NCBI RefSeq assembly: GCF_030144855.1 | Contig: NC_082721.1 | Span: 17,608,001-17,672,000 of the forward strand | DNA: 64,000 bases | Origin: Hypanus sabinus | Taxonomy: Eukaryota | Direction: 5' to 3' | Shown: positions 37,078 through 48,789 of the stretch, piece by piece | Layout: each line of letters begins with the position of its first letter | Position numbering within the stretch: the stretch's first letter is position 1 | Program-made: the position numbers and the translations under genes | The notes under the pieces: model-generated | Seen by the model: the letters and a program-made list of their open reading frames with translations, nothing else | Databases searched by the model: none | What the model was told of the DNA's origin: nothing

Positions 37078-37202
37078 AACACAAGAAAAACTGCAGATCC
37101 AAAGCAGCACTCACAAAATGCTGGAGAAAGTCAGCAGGTCAGGCAGCATCTATGGAAGTGAATAAACCATCAACATTTCACACCAAGATGCTTCTTCAGG
37201 AC
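37078..37202 (-). mobile_element. Mini terminal-repeat unit (degenerate hammerhead)
   Basis: Ends at cttcaggac; flanks TGTTTTAAAAATA / TGTTCTAAATATA (11/13). Confidence 0.6.
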
Positions 37203-37909
37203 TGTTCTAAATATATCTGGTCCTGTTGCCTTTGTGTCATTAAAAGGGATAACTATGTCATTAATTAAGTAGAATATAGTTCAGCAAAAGCTGTTCCAAG
37301 GTGACTAGAGAGGTCAAAAATTTCCCCCATTTTAAATGAAATGGCACTGGCTGCCTGCCTGACAAATGGCAGGATATCAGGTTCTGCTGCCAGAGGAAGT
37401 GGTTGAGACAGGCAGAATAACAACTTTTAAAGACAATTGGACAGGTACATGCATTGGAAAGCTCAGGGGGTTAGGACCAAACATTGGCAAATGGGATGCT
37501 TGGATGGGGCATTTTCATTGGAATGGATCATTTGGGCCGAAGGGCCTGTTTTGGTGCTGTCTAACTCTGTATAAAATGGGTGACTTTCTGTGAAATGAAG
37601 ATGGAGTCAATATCTCATAGTATATAAAATGCTAGTTTTCAAATTTGAGAAAGAAGAAATGGAAAATACATTGAATGTTATGGATGGCAACCGCAATGTT
37701 GCTGTTAGCTGGAATGAAAGTTCTAATCAAGTCAAATTGTTGGTACAATAGGTAAACTGGGAACAGTGATATATTGGACATCTTTAATTCATTTATGGAA
37801 AGTAGGTGAGATTCACAAAGCCAGCATTTTTTTTCCCATTTATGATTTTTGTGCTCCAGTCAGACACTTGGGGTGGTAAGAAAAATGCAGAGTGCAGAAT
37901 AGGGTGTTC

Positions 37910-38700
37910 CAGAATCAGGTTTATTATCATCGGCATGTGACATGAAATCTGTTAACCTAGCAGCAGCAGTACAATGCAATACATAACATAGAAGGAAAAA
38001 AACAAAATAATAACAATAAATAAATCAATCAATTACAGTATATGTATATTGAATAGATTAAAAATTGTGCAAAAACAATTAATATATATTAAAAAAGTGA
38101 GGTAGTAACCAAGAGTTCAATGTCCGTTTATGAATCGGATAGCAGACGGGAAGAAGCTGTTCCTGAATCGCTGAGTGTGTGCCTTCAGGCTTCTGTATCT
38201 CTTATCTGATGGTAACAGTGAGAAAAGGATCATGGGCGCTGAAGGTCCTTAATAATGGACCCTGCCTTTCTGAGACACCGCTCCTTGAAGATGTCCTGGG
38301 TACTTTGTAGTCTAGTACCCAGGATGGAGCTGACTAGATTTACAAGATTAGATTTCTTTCTGTCCTGTGCAGTAGCCCCTCCAAACCAGACAATGATGCA
38401 GCCTGTACAGAGAAAGTGCACTGTAGGCGGAAAATAAAGAGCATGTGTTGATTGTGAGTTTGCGTTTCAGTGCATGAGAGGCTTGGTCAAATGTCTGAGA
38501 ACACTGGGATAGAAACTGCCTTTGAGTCTGGAGATACATCCTCTCAAGCCTTTTGTATCTTCTTCCTGATAGGAAAGTAGAGGACAGAGGCTGACAGGAA
38601 TGGAGGGGTCCTTGATTATGCTGGTTGCTTTCCTGAGCCAGTTGGAAGTGCAGATGGAGACAATGGAAGGGAAATTGTTTTGAGTGGTGAACTGATTACC
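37910..38700 (-). mobile_element. Two adjacent Rex1 3' fragments
   Basis: GCIIVWFG..CLRKAGSIIKD; LRKATSIIKDP; tail at 37910. Confidence 0.75.
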
Positions 38701-40318
38701 CTTGAGAAGGCACTGAGGAGTTGCCTCGAGCACTTGGTTGTCTGTGTAGCAAAGGTGCTGCACAGTGCTAACAGATATCTTTGACTAAGTGAAGATGAAG
38801 GTCAGGGTGATATGTTTCTAAATTGAGTTGGTGAAGTCATGGAGAGAATCTGTGGGTAATGGTGTTTCATGCAGCTAATGCCCTTCTGCATCCAGGCAAT
38901 AGATGATATGGTTTGAAAAAGCATTATTAAAGAATTGAGTTGGTGCAGAGAGTTTTGTAAATGACACGGATTTCAGGCATTACTTACATTCTTATTACAT
39001 TGTCAACACATTGTATTTGGTGGGTAAAAAAAAATGTTTCTTTTTTTAGAGAAACATAACTAGATCAATCATCTTCAGGAAATTAAGTAAATTGCTTTCA
39101 CTCCTTATATTACAACATCACATTTTTTACTTCGATAAAATTCAATGGATTCTCCAAGGATTATAATTTTTTTAGCCAAGCTAACTCCTTGCATGATATT
39201 AATGCTAATGTCAACATTGTGCTGAACCTCGTTGAGAATTTTCTCACTTATAGATGATGTAATGTGAGAAAATATGGAGAACTCCCTGCTATTTCTTAAA
39301 ATTTCTGTCATTCATGATTGGAAATACACTGTTCTCTCTGCTCTTTTCAGTCAAAAAAAATCATTAGATCAAAATGTCTTAATAATTTATACTTTGATCA
39401 AAGGTCAAAGGCCAAGACTCAAATGCATTACAAACGAAGGCTGAGCCAAATCTATTAAAGAAAATAGTTATTTAATATGCAGTATTAATAGAAAGTTTCG
39501 TTATGCATTAGTGATGTACGAAAAGGGAAATTAGGTCTGAATGGGAGCATGCCCTTGCCCCTGAGGAAATGGAAAGCAACAGGGTGTCCCATGAAAAGAT
39601 CTATTATTGAGTGCTTATAAATTGAAAATTCTTGGGCAGAGATATCCTTAGCTTCATAACTGCAAAACTTAACACCTTTTTATTAATTCCAACAGCATTC
39701 ACCTATCCAGCTGGTTGCAACATATGTGATCCACCGTTGTGACACTTAGCACAGTGAGGGGTCTCTTCTGTGGCTGAGTAACACTGGGAGAGCTGCCCAC
39801 TGAACTCCATTTGCATTATTACCGGAATGTGAAGTGCCAATCCCGTACTTATTTCAACTTTGAAAGCATCCTAGTTTTCTATTAAGGAGGTGGCAACATG
39901 AAGAGCAGGGAGGACATCAGAATGGCTGTATAAAGTAAAACCTAGGCTATCTGTTCATAGGGTGGACCTTCCAACTTGCACAGATTATACACAATCCTTA
40001 ATGCACTTTTGTACAGGTGCACAGCCATAACACATAGGAGCAGAATTAGGTCATTCAGCCCATTGAATAATAAAGTCATAGAAAAGTATAGCACAGAACC
40101 AGGCCCTTTGGGCCATCTAGTCTGTGCTAAACCATTTAAACTGCCTTCTTCCATTGACTTGCACCGGGACCATAGCCCCCCATACCCCTCCCATCCATCT
40201 GCTGAATTATATTCCCACTCTACCCTATTTACTTGTCTTATCAATATACTATTGATTGTGAATACAGTAATACGATTAGAATTTAATGCACTCTTGCCAC
40301 ACATAGATGCTGCTAATG

Positions 40319-40398
40319 CTGGGATTCCCAATCTGAGGTCCCTGAACCCCACAGTTAATGGTAAGGCTCCTTGGCATAAAAAAGGTTGGGATCACCCA
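40319..40398. mobile_element. Degenerate hAT-type MITE
   Basis: Similar to 53303-53382 (gggattcccaatct...aaaaaggttggga). Confidence 0.5.
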
Positions 40399-41170
40399 TT
40401 ATGGATGCTTTATGTTTTTTTTTGCTTCTGATCACTTTATGTTGGTTCCTCCACAGTTTTTCTCTTTCTAATTCAGTTGTTTTTCTCATCATAGGACCTG
40501 AAATTTGTTAGCTATATTAATACAATCCCAGGACTGTTGAAATCAACTAAAAAATCAAGAAGATGAATGAGAGTAGGAGATGGTGGAATGAGTATTAACT
40601 TCAATCAAATGACAAGTTTGGCGATTTACTTTTGGAAGTCTAGGTGAGTACGGATCATTCTAAGCAATACAGCAATGATAATTGTGACATATAATGAAAG
40701 GGGGAATGCCATCATTAAATTAGCATTAGGCTAGTAGACAGCAAATGATTCTTTTTAGACTCTGAGAGAAGAGCCAGCAGGAAATCCCCAATAAGGGAAG
40801 GGCAGTAAGTCTCATATGGAATCTGTTTTCTGTACATCTGTTCCATTAACGACTGTCTCCCTCCTGGAGGTCACATTGAAAAATACTTTCTTAACTTTCC
40901 AGTTCATGTTCACTTCTATTAATTGACATATTATCTTAAATAATGCTATTAATAATGAACTAATCCAATGGCTTGATCCATTTAATTAATGATGCGGTTA
41001 GTTGTCATTTGGGAACATGACTTTATCTAAAGCTATTTTGATAGAAATGATGAAGGGTCTCACTCCGAAACATTAACTCTTTATTCCCCTCTGTAGGTGC
41101 TGTCTGACCTGCTGAGTACCCCCAGCATTTTGCAGGTGTTACTCTGGAATTCAAGCATCTGTAGAATCTC

Positions 41171-41294
41171 AAACAGGAGGAAATCTGCAGATGCTGGAAA
41201 TTCAAGCAACACACATAAAATGCTGATGGAAAGCAGCATCTATAGGGAGAAGCGCTGTCTACGTTTCGGGCTGAGACCCTTCGTCAGGACTTTG
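41171..41294 (-). mobile_element. 124-bp hammerhead mini-unit
   Basis: Perfect 13-bp TSD TCTGTAGAATCTC (41158-41170, 41295-41307). Confidence 0.85.
41257..41290 (-). ncRNA. Minimal type I hammerhead ribozyme motif (best-preserved copy)
   Basis: GUC CUGACGA A GGGU CUCA GCCC GAA ACGU A^GAC: stem I GUC/GAC, 4-bp stem II, palindromic ACGU in place of stem III, GUA cleavage triplet. Confidence 0.7.
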
Positions 41295-41900
41295 TCTGTA
41301 GAATCTCTTGTGTTTTTGAGAGTGCCTTTTATTTTGGAAGGAAAACATCTTTTGAATTCTATTGAAAGTTTGTCTTTCTTTAGGTTTGACCTGGAATAAA
41401 TATGTTCTGCTAGCTCACGACTTCTAGAAAGGAGGTGTGACAGCCAGTGAAGTGTTTTCATCAATGGGTGATGCTGGGGCAGGTCTCTATTTCCCTAAGG
41501 TTTAAAACTTAAATTCCTCAAATCTTATAGGGAGAAAACAATTCTGTTGGAGATCACAAGGTGAAGCATGACTAGGTAAACACTGGACTTTTTGAAATCC
41601 CCATCACAGTGGATATACATCTGAATCTATCGCTATGTTTAAGATGACACACATAATAAATGCCTCCTGAGCTGGTGAGTGAGTGCAGGAAAGGGAGGGC
41701 AGCCTGGCTCCTGAGCAACTGGCCACCTTAGGGATAGAGAAGGTGTGGGGTCTTCAGCCACCAGGATTTACGTGAGGAAATCAGGTGCTCACAGCCGGGG
41801 ACAGAAGGTAGGTACGAGGTGCAAGGTCATACAGAGGGGAAAAGCTAGGGTCAGAGATGGGTTTCAATAGCAGGGGAACAGAAGGCATTGGAAGTACTAT

Positions 41901-42175
41901 CTTTCAGGGATGATGCCGTATTGAGGCACTGTCTGACCTCTGAGGTGGCCATTACAAGTTCCACCGGCGTACTTGGAAAAAGAGCAAGTGAGTTTTCCTA
42001 CTATCCTGGCTAAATATTTTCTTTCATATTCAATGGCCCCAAATCCTTATCGCATTTTTGTTTGTGTGAGCTCGCTGTGACAAACTGGCTGATATACTTC
42101 TTTCTTTGCAATGGTGGTTTCACGTCAGAAAATATTGCCTTGAATGATACCCTGAGGTTGTCAAACACAAGATTT
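41901..42175 (+). mobile_element. Deu-domain SINE (AmnSINE1/SacSINE1-like), old
   Basis: ctttcagggatga..gaggcactgtctgacctctgaggtgg..agagcaagtgagtttt..tcctggctaaatatt..tgtttgtgtgagctcgctgtg..aaactggctg follows the Deu-domain order as I recall it. Confidence 0.6.
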
Positions 42176-42244
42176 CCTTCTTTTAAATACCCTGATCCTG
42201 TCCCATGATTATTCGCTTGTGGATTTGGCATGACATCTATAAAT

Positions 42245-42785
42245 TTTGACAAACTTCTATGGACGTGTAGCGGACAACATGTTGACTGGCTGCATCACAG
42301 CCTGGTATGGAAACACCAAAGTCTTTGAGTGGAAAATCCTTCAAAAAGTGGTGGTTACAGCCCAGTCTGTCACAGATAGAGCCCGCCCAACTATTGAGCA
42401 CATCTACATGAGATGGCTCAGGACTTGCACCAGCAAGAACAGGTTCTGGAACAGTTATTACCCTTCAGCCATCAGACTGCTGAACCAAAGGGATAACTTC
42501 ACTTATTTTCACTTGCCCCATCATTAAAATTTTGCCACAACCAATGGACTCACTGTCCAGGACTCTTCACCTCATGTTCTCAACATTTACTGCTTATTTA
42601 TTTATTATTATTGTTTCTTAATTTTGCATTTGCACAGCTTGTTGTTTTCTGCACTCTGGTTGAACACTCTAGTTGGGTGGTCTTTCATTGATTCTGTTCT
42701 AGTAATTATTTTATAGATTTGTTGAGTAGGCCCACTAGAAAATGAATCTCAGGTATAAATACATGTACTTTGATAATAAATGAGT
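42245..42785 (+). mobile_element. Rex1 3' fragment and tail
   Basis: LTGCITAWYGN..LQKVV..NSYYPSAIRLLN. Confidence 0.8.
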
Positions 42786-42974
42786 TAGAAATAGTTTCCA
42801 TTCATTCTTGTGATCAAAGAGGAATACAGGGTAGGTCAGAAAGAATGGAACAAAACCTAAAGGAGGAAAGTGAATTGAAATGAAACAAACTTGTCATCTA
42901 ACTGGGAACATAATACATAAAGCTCATCAGATCGCAGTCTGAGAGACCATGATAAAATGCTGCACATATGAACA

Positions 42975-43200
42975 CGGGCAGCACAGCTTCTCAGTGGTTA
43001 CGATGTTTTACAACGTCAGTGACCTGGGTTTGTTCTGCTGTCTGTAAGGAGTTTGCACATTCTCCTCACGACAGATGTGTTTCCTCCAGGTGCTCTAGTT
43101 TCCTCCCACATTCTAAAGGCATGCGTGTTAGTAGGTTAATTGATCATAAAGCTGTAATTGGGCAGAAGGGCCTTTTACTGTGCTCAATCCCTAAATTTAA
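42975..43200 (+). mobile_element. V-SINE-like element
   Basis: Homologous to 34849-35090. Confidence 0.65.
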
Positions 43201-43344
43201 AAAAAAAATGAAATAAAAACAGATAACTTGTGAACAGAGAGAAGAGATAAATTTTCAAAGTCCCGCCTTATTTTCCTTTTTTGACAAATGCTACCTCACT
43301 TCCTTGGACTTCCAGCATTGTATGATGTATAATCTGCCGTGGCC

Positions 43345-43960
43345 ATTTCAAAATTCTATCCGTGTAGCTCATGTTTTGCAAGCAACTATGACCAAAATTC
43401 AGGCAATAAGAAATCAACACTCAATAATTTAAAACCAGCCCTTGTACATAGAATGTCATTTGGATACGTCTGCAATGTGCCTTTAAAGATGCAAATACAG
43501 CAAGTGAATAAGGAGACCAATGGAATGTCAGCATTATTATAAGGGGCATGGAATCTACAACTCACAAGGTTCTGGTGGATTGCACTGTAGCACTGTGTAC
43601 AACTCTGGTTATCATATTTAAGCAATGATACGTTTATATTGGAGGCAGGACAAAGTTCACTAAATTGATGCTAGGGTTGAAGGTGTTGATAACTGTAGAA
43701 AGACTGAATAGATCGGCCCTCTGCTCATTGCCGTTTAGACAAAAGAAAATAATCTTGTCAAAATACATAGCAACATGAGGGACATCTGCAGGTTAGATAC
43801 TGAGAAGGTATTTCACGCACTGAGGTAATCTAGAACTGGGGGCACGGTTTCAAGCTAAGGAGTTTTAAGACGGTGTTGAGGAGGGTCTTCTTCTCTCAGG
43901 GAGTTGTGATTCTTTTGAATACTCCATCTAGAGAATTCAAGTTAGACTTATTGAATGTAT
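43345..43960 (+). mobile_element. Old CR1 3' fragment
   Basis: Degenerate match to CR1 ORF2 C-terminal DNA. Confidence 0.55.
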
Positions 43961-44057
43961 AGTGAGTAGAGGAGATTCAGCAGGATGTTGCCCTAGTTAG
44001 ATAACCTTAGTTATAAGATGAGATTGAACAGGAGTGGTTGGTTTTCCCTGGTGTGTA

Positions 44058-44437
44058 GACAGACAGACAGACATACTTTATTGATCCCAAGGGAAATTGG
44101 ATTTTGTTACAGTCGCACCAACCAAGAATAGTGTAGAAATATAGCAATATAAAACCATAAATAATTAAATAATAGTAAGTAAATTATTCCAAGTGGAAAT
44201 AAGTCCAGGACCAGCCTATTGGCTCAGGGTGTCTGAAACTCCAAGGGAGGAGTTGTAAAGTTTGATGGCCACAGGCAGGAATGACTTCCTATGACGCTCA
44301 GTGTTGCATCTCAGTGGAATGAGTCTCTGGCTGAATGTACTCTTGTGCCTAACCAGTACATTATGGATTGGATGGGGGACATTGTCCAAGATGGCATGTA
44401 ACTTGGACAGCATCCTCTTTTCAGACACCACCGTCAG
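44058..44437 (-). mobile_element. Rex1/Babar-type 3' fragment (second subfamily) inside a CR1 piece
   Basis: KLHAILDNVPHPIH..TFSQRLI..CNTERHRKSFLPVAIKLYN; (GTCT)n tail. Confidence 0.75.
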
Positions 44438-44675
44438 AGAGGTGACCTGATAGAAGTGTATAGAATTATAAGAGCCATGGAGAGACAAAATCTTTATCAC
44501 TTCATAGTAGTACCAATACAAGGGGGTGTAGGTTTTTAAAACAAGATTCAGAAAGGTTTAAAAGTTCATTTATTAGCAAAGTATGAATCCATATACAACT
44601 CTGAGATTCGTCTTCTTCAGCTAGTCATGAAACAAAGAAAGAACGTGAAAATCAATCAGAGAGAATCAAATCCTG

Positions 44676-45679
44676 CCCCCTGCACAAAAAGAACATTATC
44701 CTGATCATCAGCCTCCAAACCCACCCCCTACCCCCTGCACAAAAAGAACATTATCCTGATCATCAGCCTCCAAACCCACCCCCTACCCCCTACACAAAAA
44801 GAACAGTATCCTGATCATCAGCCTCCAAACCCACCCCCTACCCCCTGCACAAAAAGAACATTATCCTGATCATCAGCCTCCAAACCCACCCCCTGCCCCC
44901 TGCACAAAAAGAACATTATCCTGATCATCAGCCTCCAAACCCACCCCCTACCCCCTGCACAAAAAGAACATTATCCTGATCATCAGCCTCCAAACCCACC
45001 CCCTACCCCCTGCACAAAAAGAACAGTATCCTGATCATCAGCCTCCAAACCCACCCCCTACCCCCTGCACAAAAAGAACATTATCCTGATCATCAGCCTC
45101 CAAACCCACCCCCTACCCCCTGCACAAAAAGAACATTATCCTGATCATCAGCCTCCAAACCCACCCCCTACCCCCTGCACAAAAAGAACATTATCCTGAT
45201 CATCAGCCTCCAAACCCACCCCCTACCCCCTGCACAAAAAGAACAGTATCCTGATCATCAGCCTCCAAACCCACCCCCTACCCCCTGCACAAAAAGAACA
45301 TTATCCTGATCATCAGCCTCCAAACCCACCCCCTACCCCCTGCACAAAAAGAACAGTATCCTGATCATCAGCCTCCAAACCCACCCCCTACCCCCTGCAC
45401 AAAAAGAACATTATCCTGATCATCAGCCTCCAAACCCACCCCCTACCCCCTGCACAAAAAGAACATTATCCTGATCATCAGCCTCCAAACCCACCCCCTA
45501 CCCCCTGCACAAAAAGAACAGTATCCTGATCATCAGCCTCCAAACCCACCCCCTACCCCCTGCACAAAAAGAACATTATCCTGATCATCAGCCTCCAAAC
45601 CCACCCCCTACCCCCTGCACAAAAAGAACAGTATCCTGATCATCAGCCTCCAAACCCACCTCCTACCCCCTGCACAAAA
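44676..45679. repeat. 55-bp minisatellite, ~18.3 copies
   Basis: Unit CCCCCTGCACAAAAAGAACA(T/G)TATCCTGATCATCAGCCTCCAAACCCACCCCCTA; 44676-45665 is exactly 18 x 55. Confidence 0.97.
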
Positions 45680-47547
45680 CGGAACAAGAACCTCGACCCC
45701 CCCCCCAGACCCCACTCACTTCAATCAAACTAACAGAACGCAATAAGAACATCAACCCCTAAACCCCTCCCCTTGCACAACAAAACAGGAAAGAGCGAAA
45801 AACACAGAATTTAAAAAAACCATGTCGTAAGAATATAAAAGCCATAGCCAAGGAAGGAAGGAATTTTGAAAGGAGCTTGGGGGAATGATTTTACTTACTT
45901 ACTTAGTGATTAATGTCAAGAATTTGATGCCAAAGGACATAGTGGAGTTAGATCAATCATTACATTTAAAAGATATTTAGCAAACATTTAAGCAGGCAAA
46001 GCAGAGAAGGATATGGAATTAATGCAGGCAGCTGGGATTGGTATAGATAGGCATAAAGTCTGGCTCGGCTGTGGTGATCTGAAGAGCTGATTCATCTTCT
46101 GTAATCTCAATGACTCAGTAACTCTAGATTCAATGTGAAGCGTGACAGATATTTAAACTACAGAGTCATGGAGTTTGGAGAGTGCCAGTCAGTGGCATTG
46201 AGGTGAAGATCCTACTACCATCAGGCTCCTGAATTGGCCTGGGTCACTTCACTTTGAACTGATTCCGCAACCCACAGACACATTTTCAAGGGGTCTCCAA
46301 CTTAGGTTGTCATTTATTTAATTTTTATAATTTGCACATTTGCTTTCTTTAGCACATTGGCTGTTAGTCAGTCTTTGTTTATGTATAACTTTTCATAAAT
46401 TCTATTGTATTTTTTCTTGTAAATACCTGCAAGAAAATAAATCCCAAGGTAGTATGGTGACATATACAGTAAACACTTTGATAACTAATTTGTTTTGATT
46501 TTGACTTTCACTTTGAAGATTAGATCAGCCATAATCCTTAGGAATAGTGGACCAGCTTGAGAGAACGTTTGGCCTACTCCTTATGAAAAATGCTGTTTTA
46601 TTCTGTACCCATGTGCTTTTAGTAGAATCCTTTGGGCAGCAGAGTCACATAGCGATTCTGCTTCTCAAGCATTGTAGCTGTTTCATAGGCATTTTTAATA
46701 AATGCACAATTGTGTAAATATACACTTAGTTCATTTAAAAATATACACAGTGTTTCAGGGCAACCTGAAAGTCTTTTCAATTTTAAAAATACCTTGCAGA
46801 AGATCTTGTTTCAGTTTGTTGGAGAAATAGGATAAATAGGTTAGGGTAAAAGGTTTGCAAAGTTACGTTGAATACTGAAGGTATAACCAATGAGATTGCT
46901 CAACAGGAAGCCAGAAAAACGCTCGATGATCTGAGTGGTTCAATAGAACTTCATTGCCACATTTAGACAACTGCTCTTTTATAGTTGTCCACGTGACTAT
47001 TGGTATATTGAGGAAAAACTTTTCCTGTAGCAATTCCCATGACGCTGCATTATCAGAATGAGACGTAACTTGTGCCAATTGTATTCTCCTTGAATACCCA
47101 GACAGTCCATTATTAAGTGGAGGATAATGGTTAGTAAGAGCTGAGATCTCCATTTCCTTTGGTTAATTGAAAAGTCTCAGATGAAAATCAGTGAGTCTCC
47201 CAGCATCAGCTCACAACTGAAATAAAATCTAGATTAGTAGGCTCAACTGTGCGTCATATTTTTCATTACATTGTACCTTTGTGATTTTATGTTATTATTA
47301 GAGGTTTATATTGCAATCAAATCGGTATTAGAGAGCATGATGACATGTAGTCAGTCCTAAATCCTCCTCTGTTGCCATCTGAGAGACAGAAAGCTGTAGG
47401 GTTATAGACGCTTTTCTGAGTTTTTTCTTTACTTTTGCAAATGATCTGAAGTCCTTTATAGATAACTTCCTAATTTCTGATGTGATCTTTCGGAAGCATG
47501 CCTCAAAGTCAGAAGTGTGAAGTTAAATGCAACAAATGAAAAAGTCA

Positions 47548-47730
47548 AACACGAGGAAATCAGCAGATGCTGGAAATTCAAACAACAACACACAAAAAAT
47601 GCTGGTGGAACACAGCAGGCCAGGCAGCATCTATAGGGAGAAGCGCTGTCACCGTTTCGGGCCGAGACCCTTTGTCAGGACTAATCGAAAGGTAAGAGAT
47701 TTGAAAGTAGTGGGGGGAGAGGGAAATGCG
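47548..47730 (-). mobile_element. Penelope-like terminal-repeat unit
   Basis: CUGACAA A GGGU CUCG GCCC GAAAC (degenerate core); imperfect TSD AAATGAAAAAGTCA / AAATAAAAATGTCA. Confidence 0.7.
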
Positions 47731-48789
47731 AAATAAAAATGTCATGCTATTTAACTCTCATTAAACATTACCGAAAAAAATCAAATGACTTATCAGTATA
47801 TCACTGCTGAATGTGAAGATGTCTGCTGTTTTTCCTGCACTTTAACAGTGACTAACGTTAAAAATACTCCATTGGTTGGGATATCCAAAAATAAAGCAAT
47901 AAAACTCTAAAGACGATTGAAATCATAGAGGTAGGTGCAGAGGGTGACTGAGTGTTCTGCATCTTCCACCAGCCTTCCATTCGCTGCTGCCGGAGAAGGT
48001 GGCTGCCTATGGTGGTCTCTCACTCGCTGCTCCTGAGGGAGCGTCTTTACACTCGAATGAACTCTCTCCCTCGATACTGTCGGTGGGTGGTGCTGGAGCA
48101 AAGTTTAATTGATGCAGATTGTATATTTAAACTCCAGTTCAGGTTTATGGTGTGTTTCAGTTTGGGTCGCTCTTTTTTTGTTGGTACACTTGGGTGATTT
48201 TAGAATCAGGGCAGCCTGCACATAATGAACACTGAGCTGAAATATGCCTTTTGATCTTGTATTTTATATTCTGTGTTTTTTTGCTCTTTTGCCATTTGCA
48301 TGATTTTTTTTGTGTGTGGGGAGGGAGGGGTGTTTGATGTTTGATGTTTTTCTTTGAATGAGTTGGTTCCATGGTTCTTCATTTTGCTTCATGGGTCTCT
48401 GTAGGGAACATGAATCTCAGGGCTGTACTGTGCACTGCATACACACTTTGATAATAAATGTACTTTGAATCATTGAATCTTTGATACTCTTTAGATATAA
48501 GACCATCTCTTTATTTGGACTGAGGTAAAAGTTTTGATATCACTTCCATTCAAAATTGTAAGAAACTGGGCTAGCTTAGTTTAATATTTTAAGAGGGGTA
48601 CTTTTGACTGAAAACAAATAATGGAATTCCCAATTCTTATAGTCTGCAGTCATACTAGGGTAGAGAGTTGCACTCTCTTAAGCATTTATTATGCAAACTT
48701 TCTCTGTTCCTTTGTGATATCAATGAAACATATTTAGTCCCCAATGAACTCCAAAACATGATTATGGCATGATAACAAAATATGATTAA

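Larger units (their letters stand above)
41045..41315 (+). mobile_element. Penelope-like terminal repeat carrying a nested antisense copy
   Basis: TGATGAAGGGTCTCACTCCGAAAC at ~41048; tip interrupted at 41171-41294. Confidence 0.75.

Noticed and set aside
39942-40431. Overlapping 136/151-aa ORFs
   Set aside because: Span CR1 tails and a MITE; chance open frames
44676-45679. CRISPR array
   Set aside because: Units are contiguous and near-identical with no unique spacers; no cas genes; eukaryotic context
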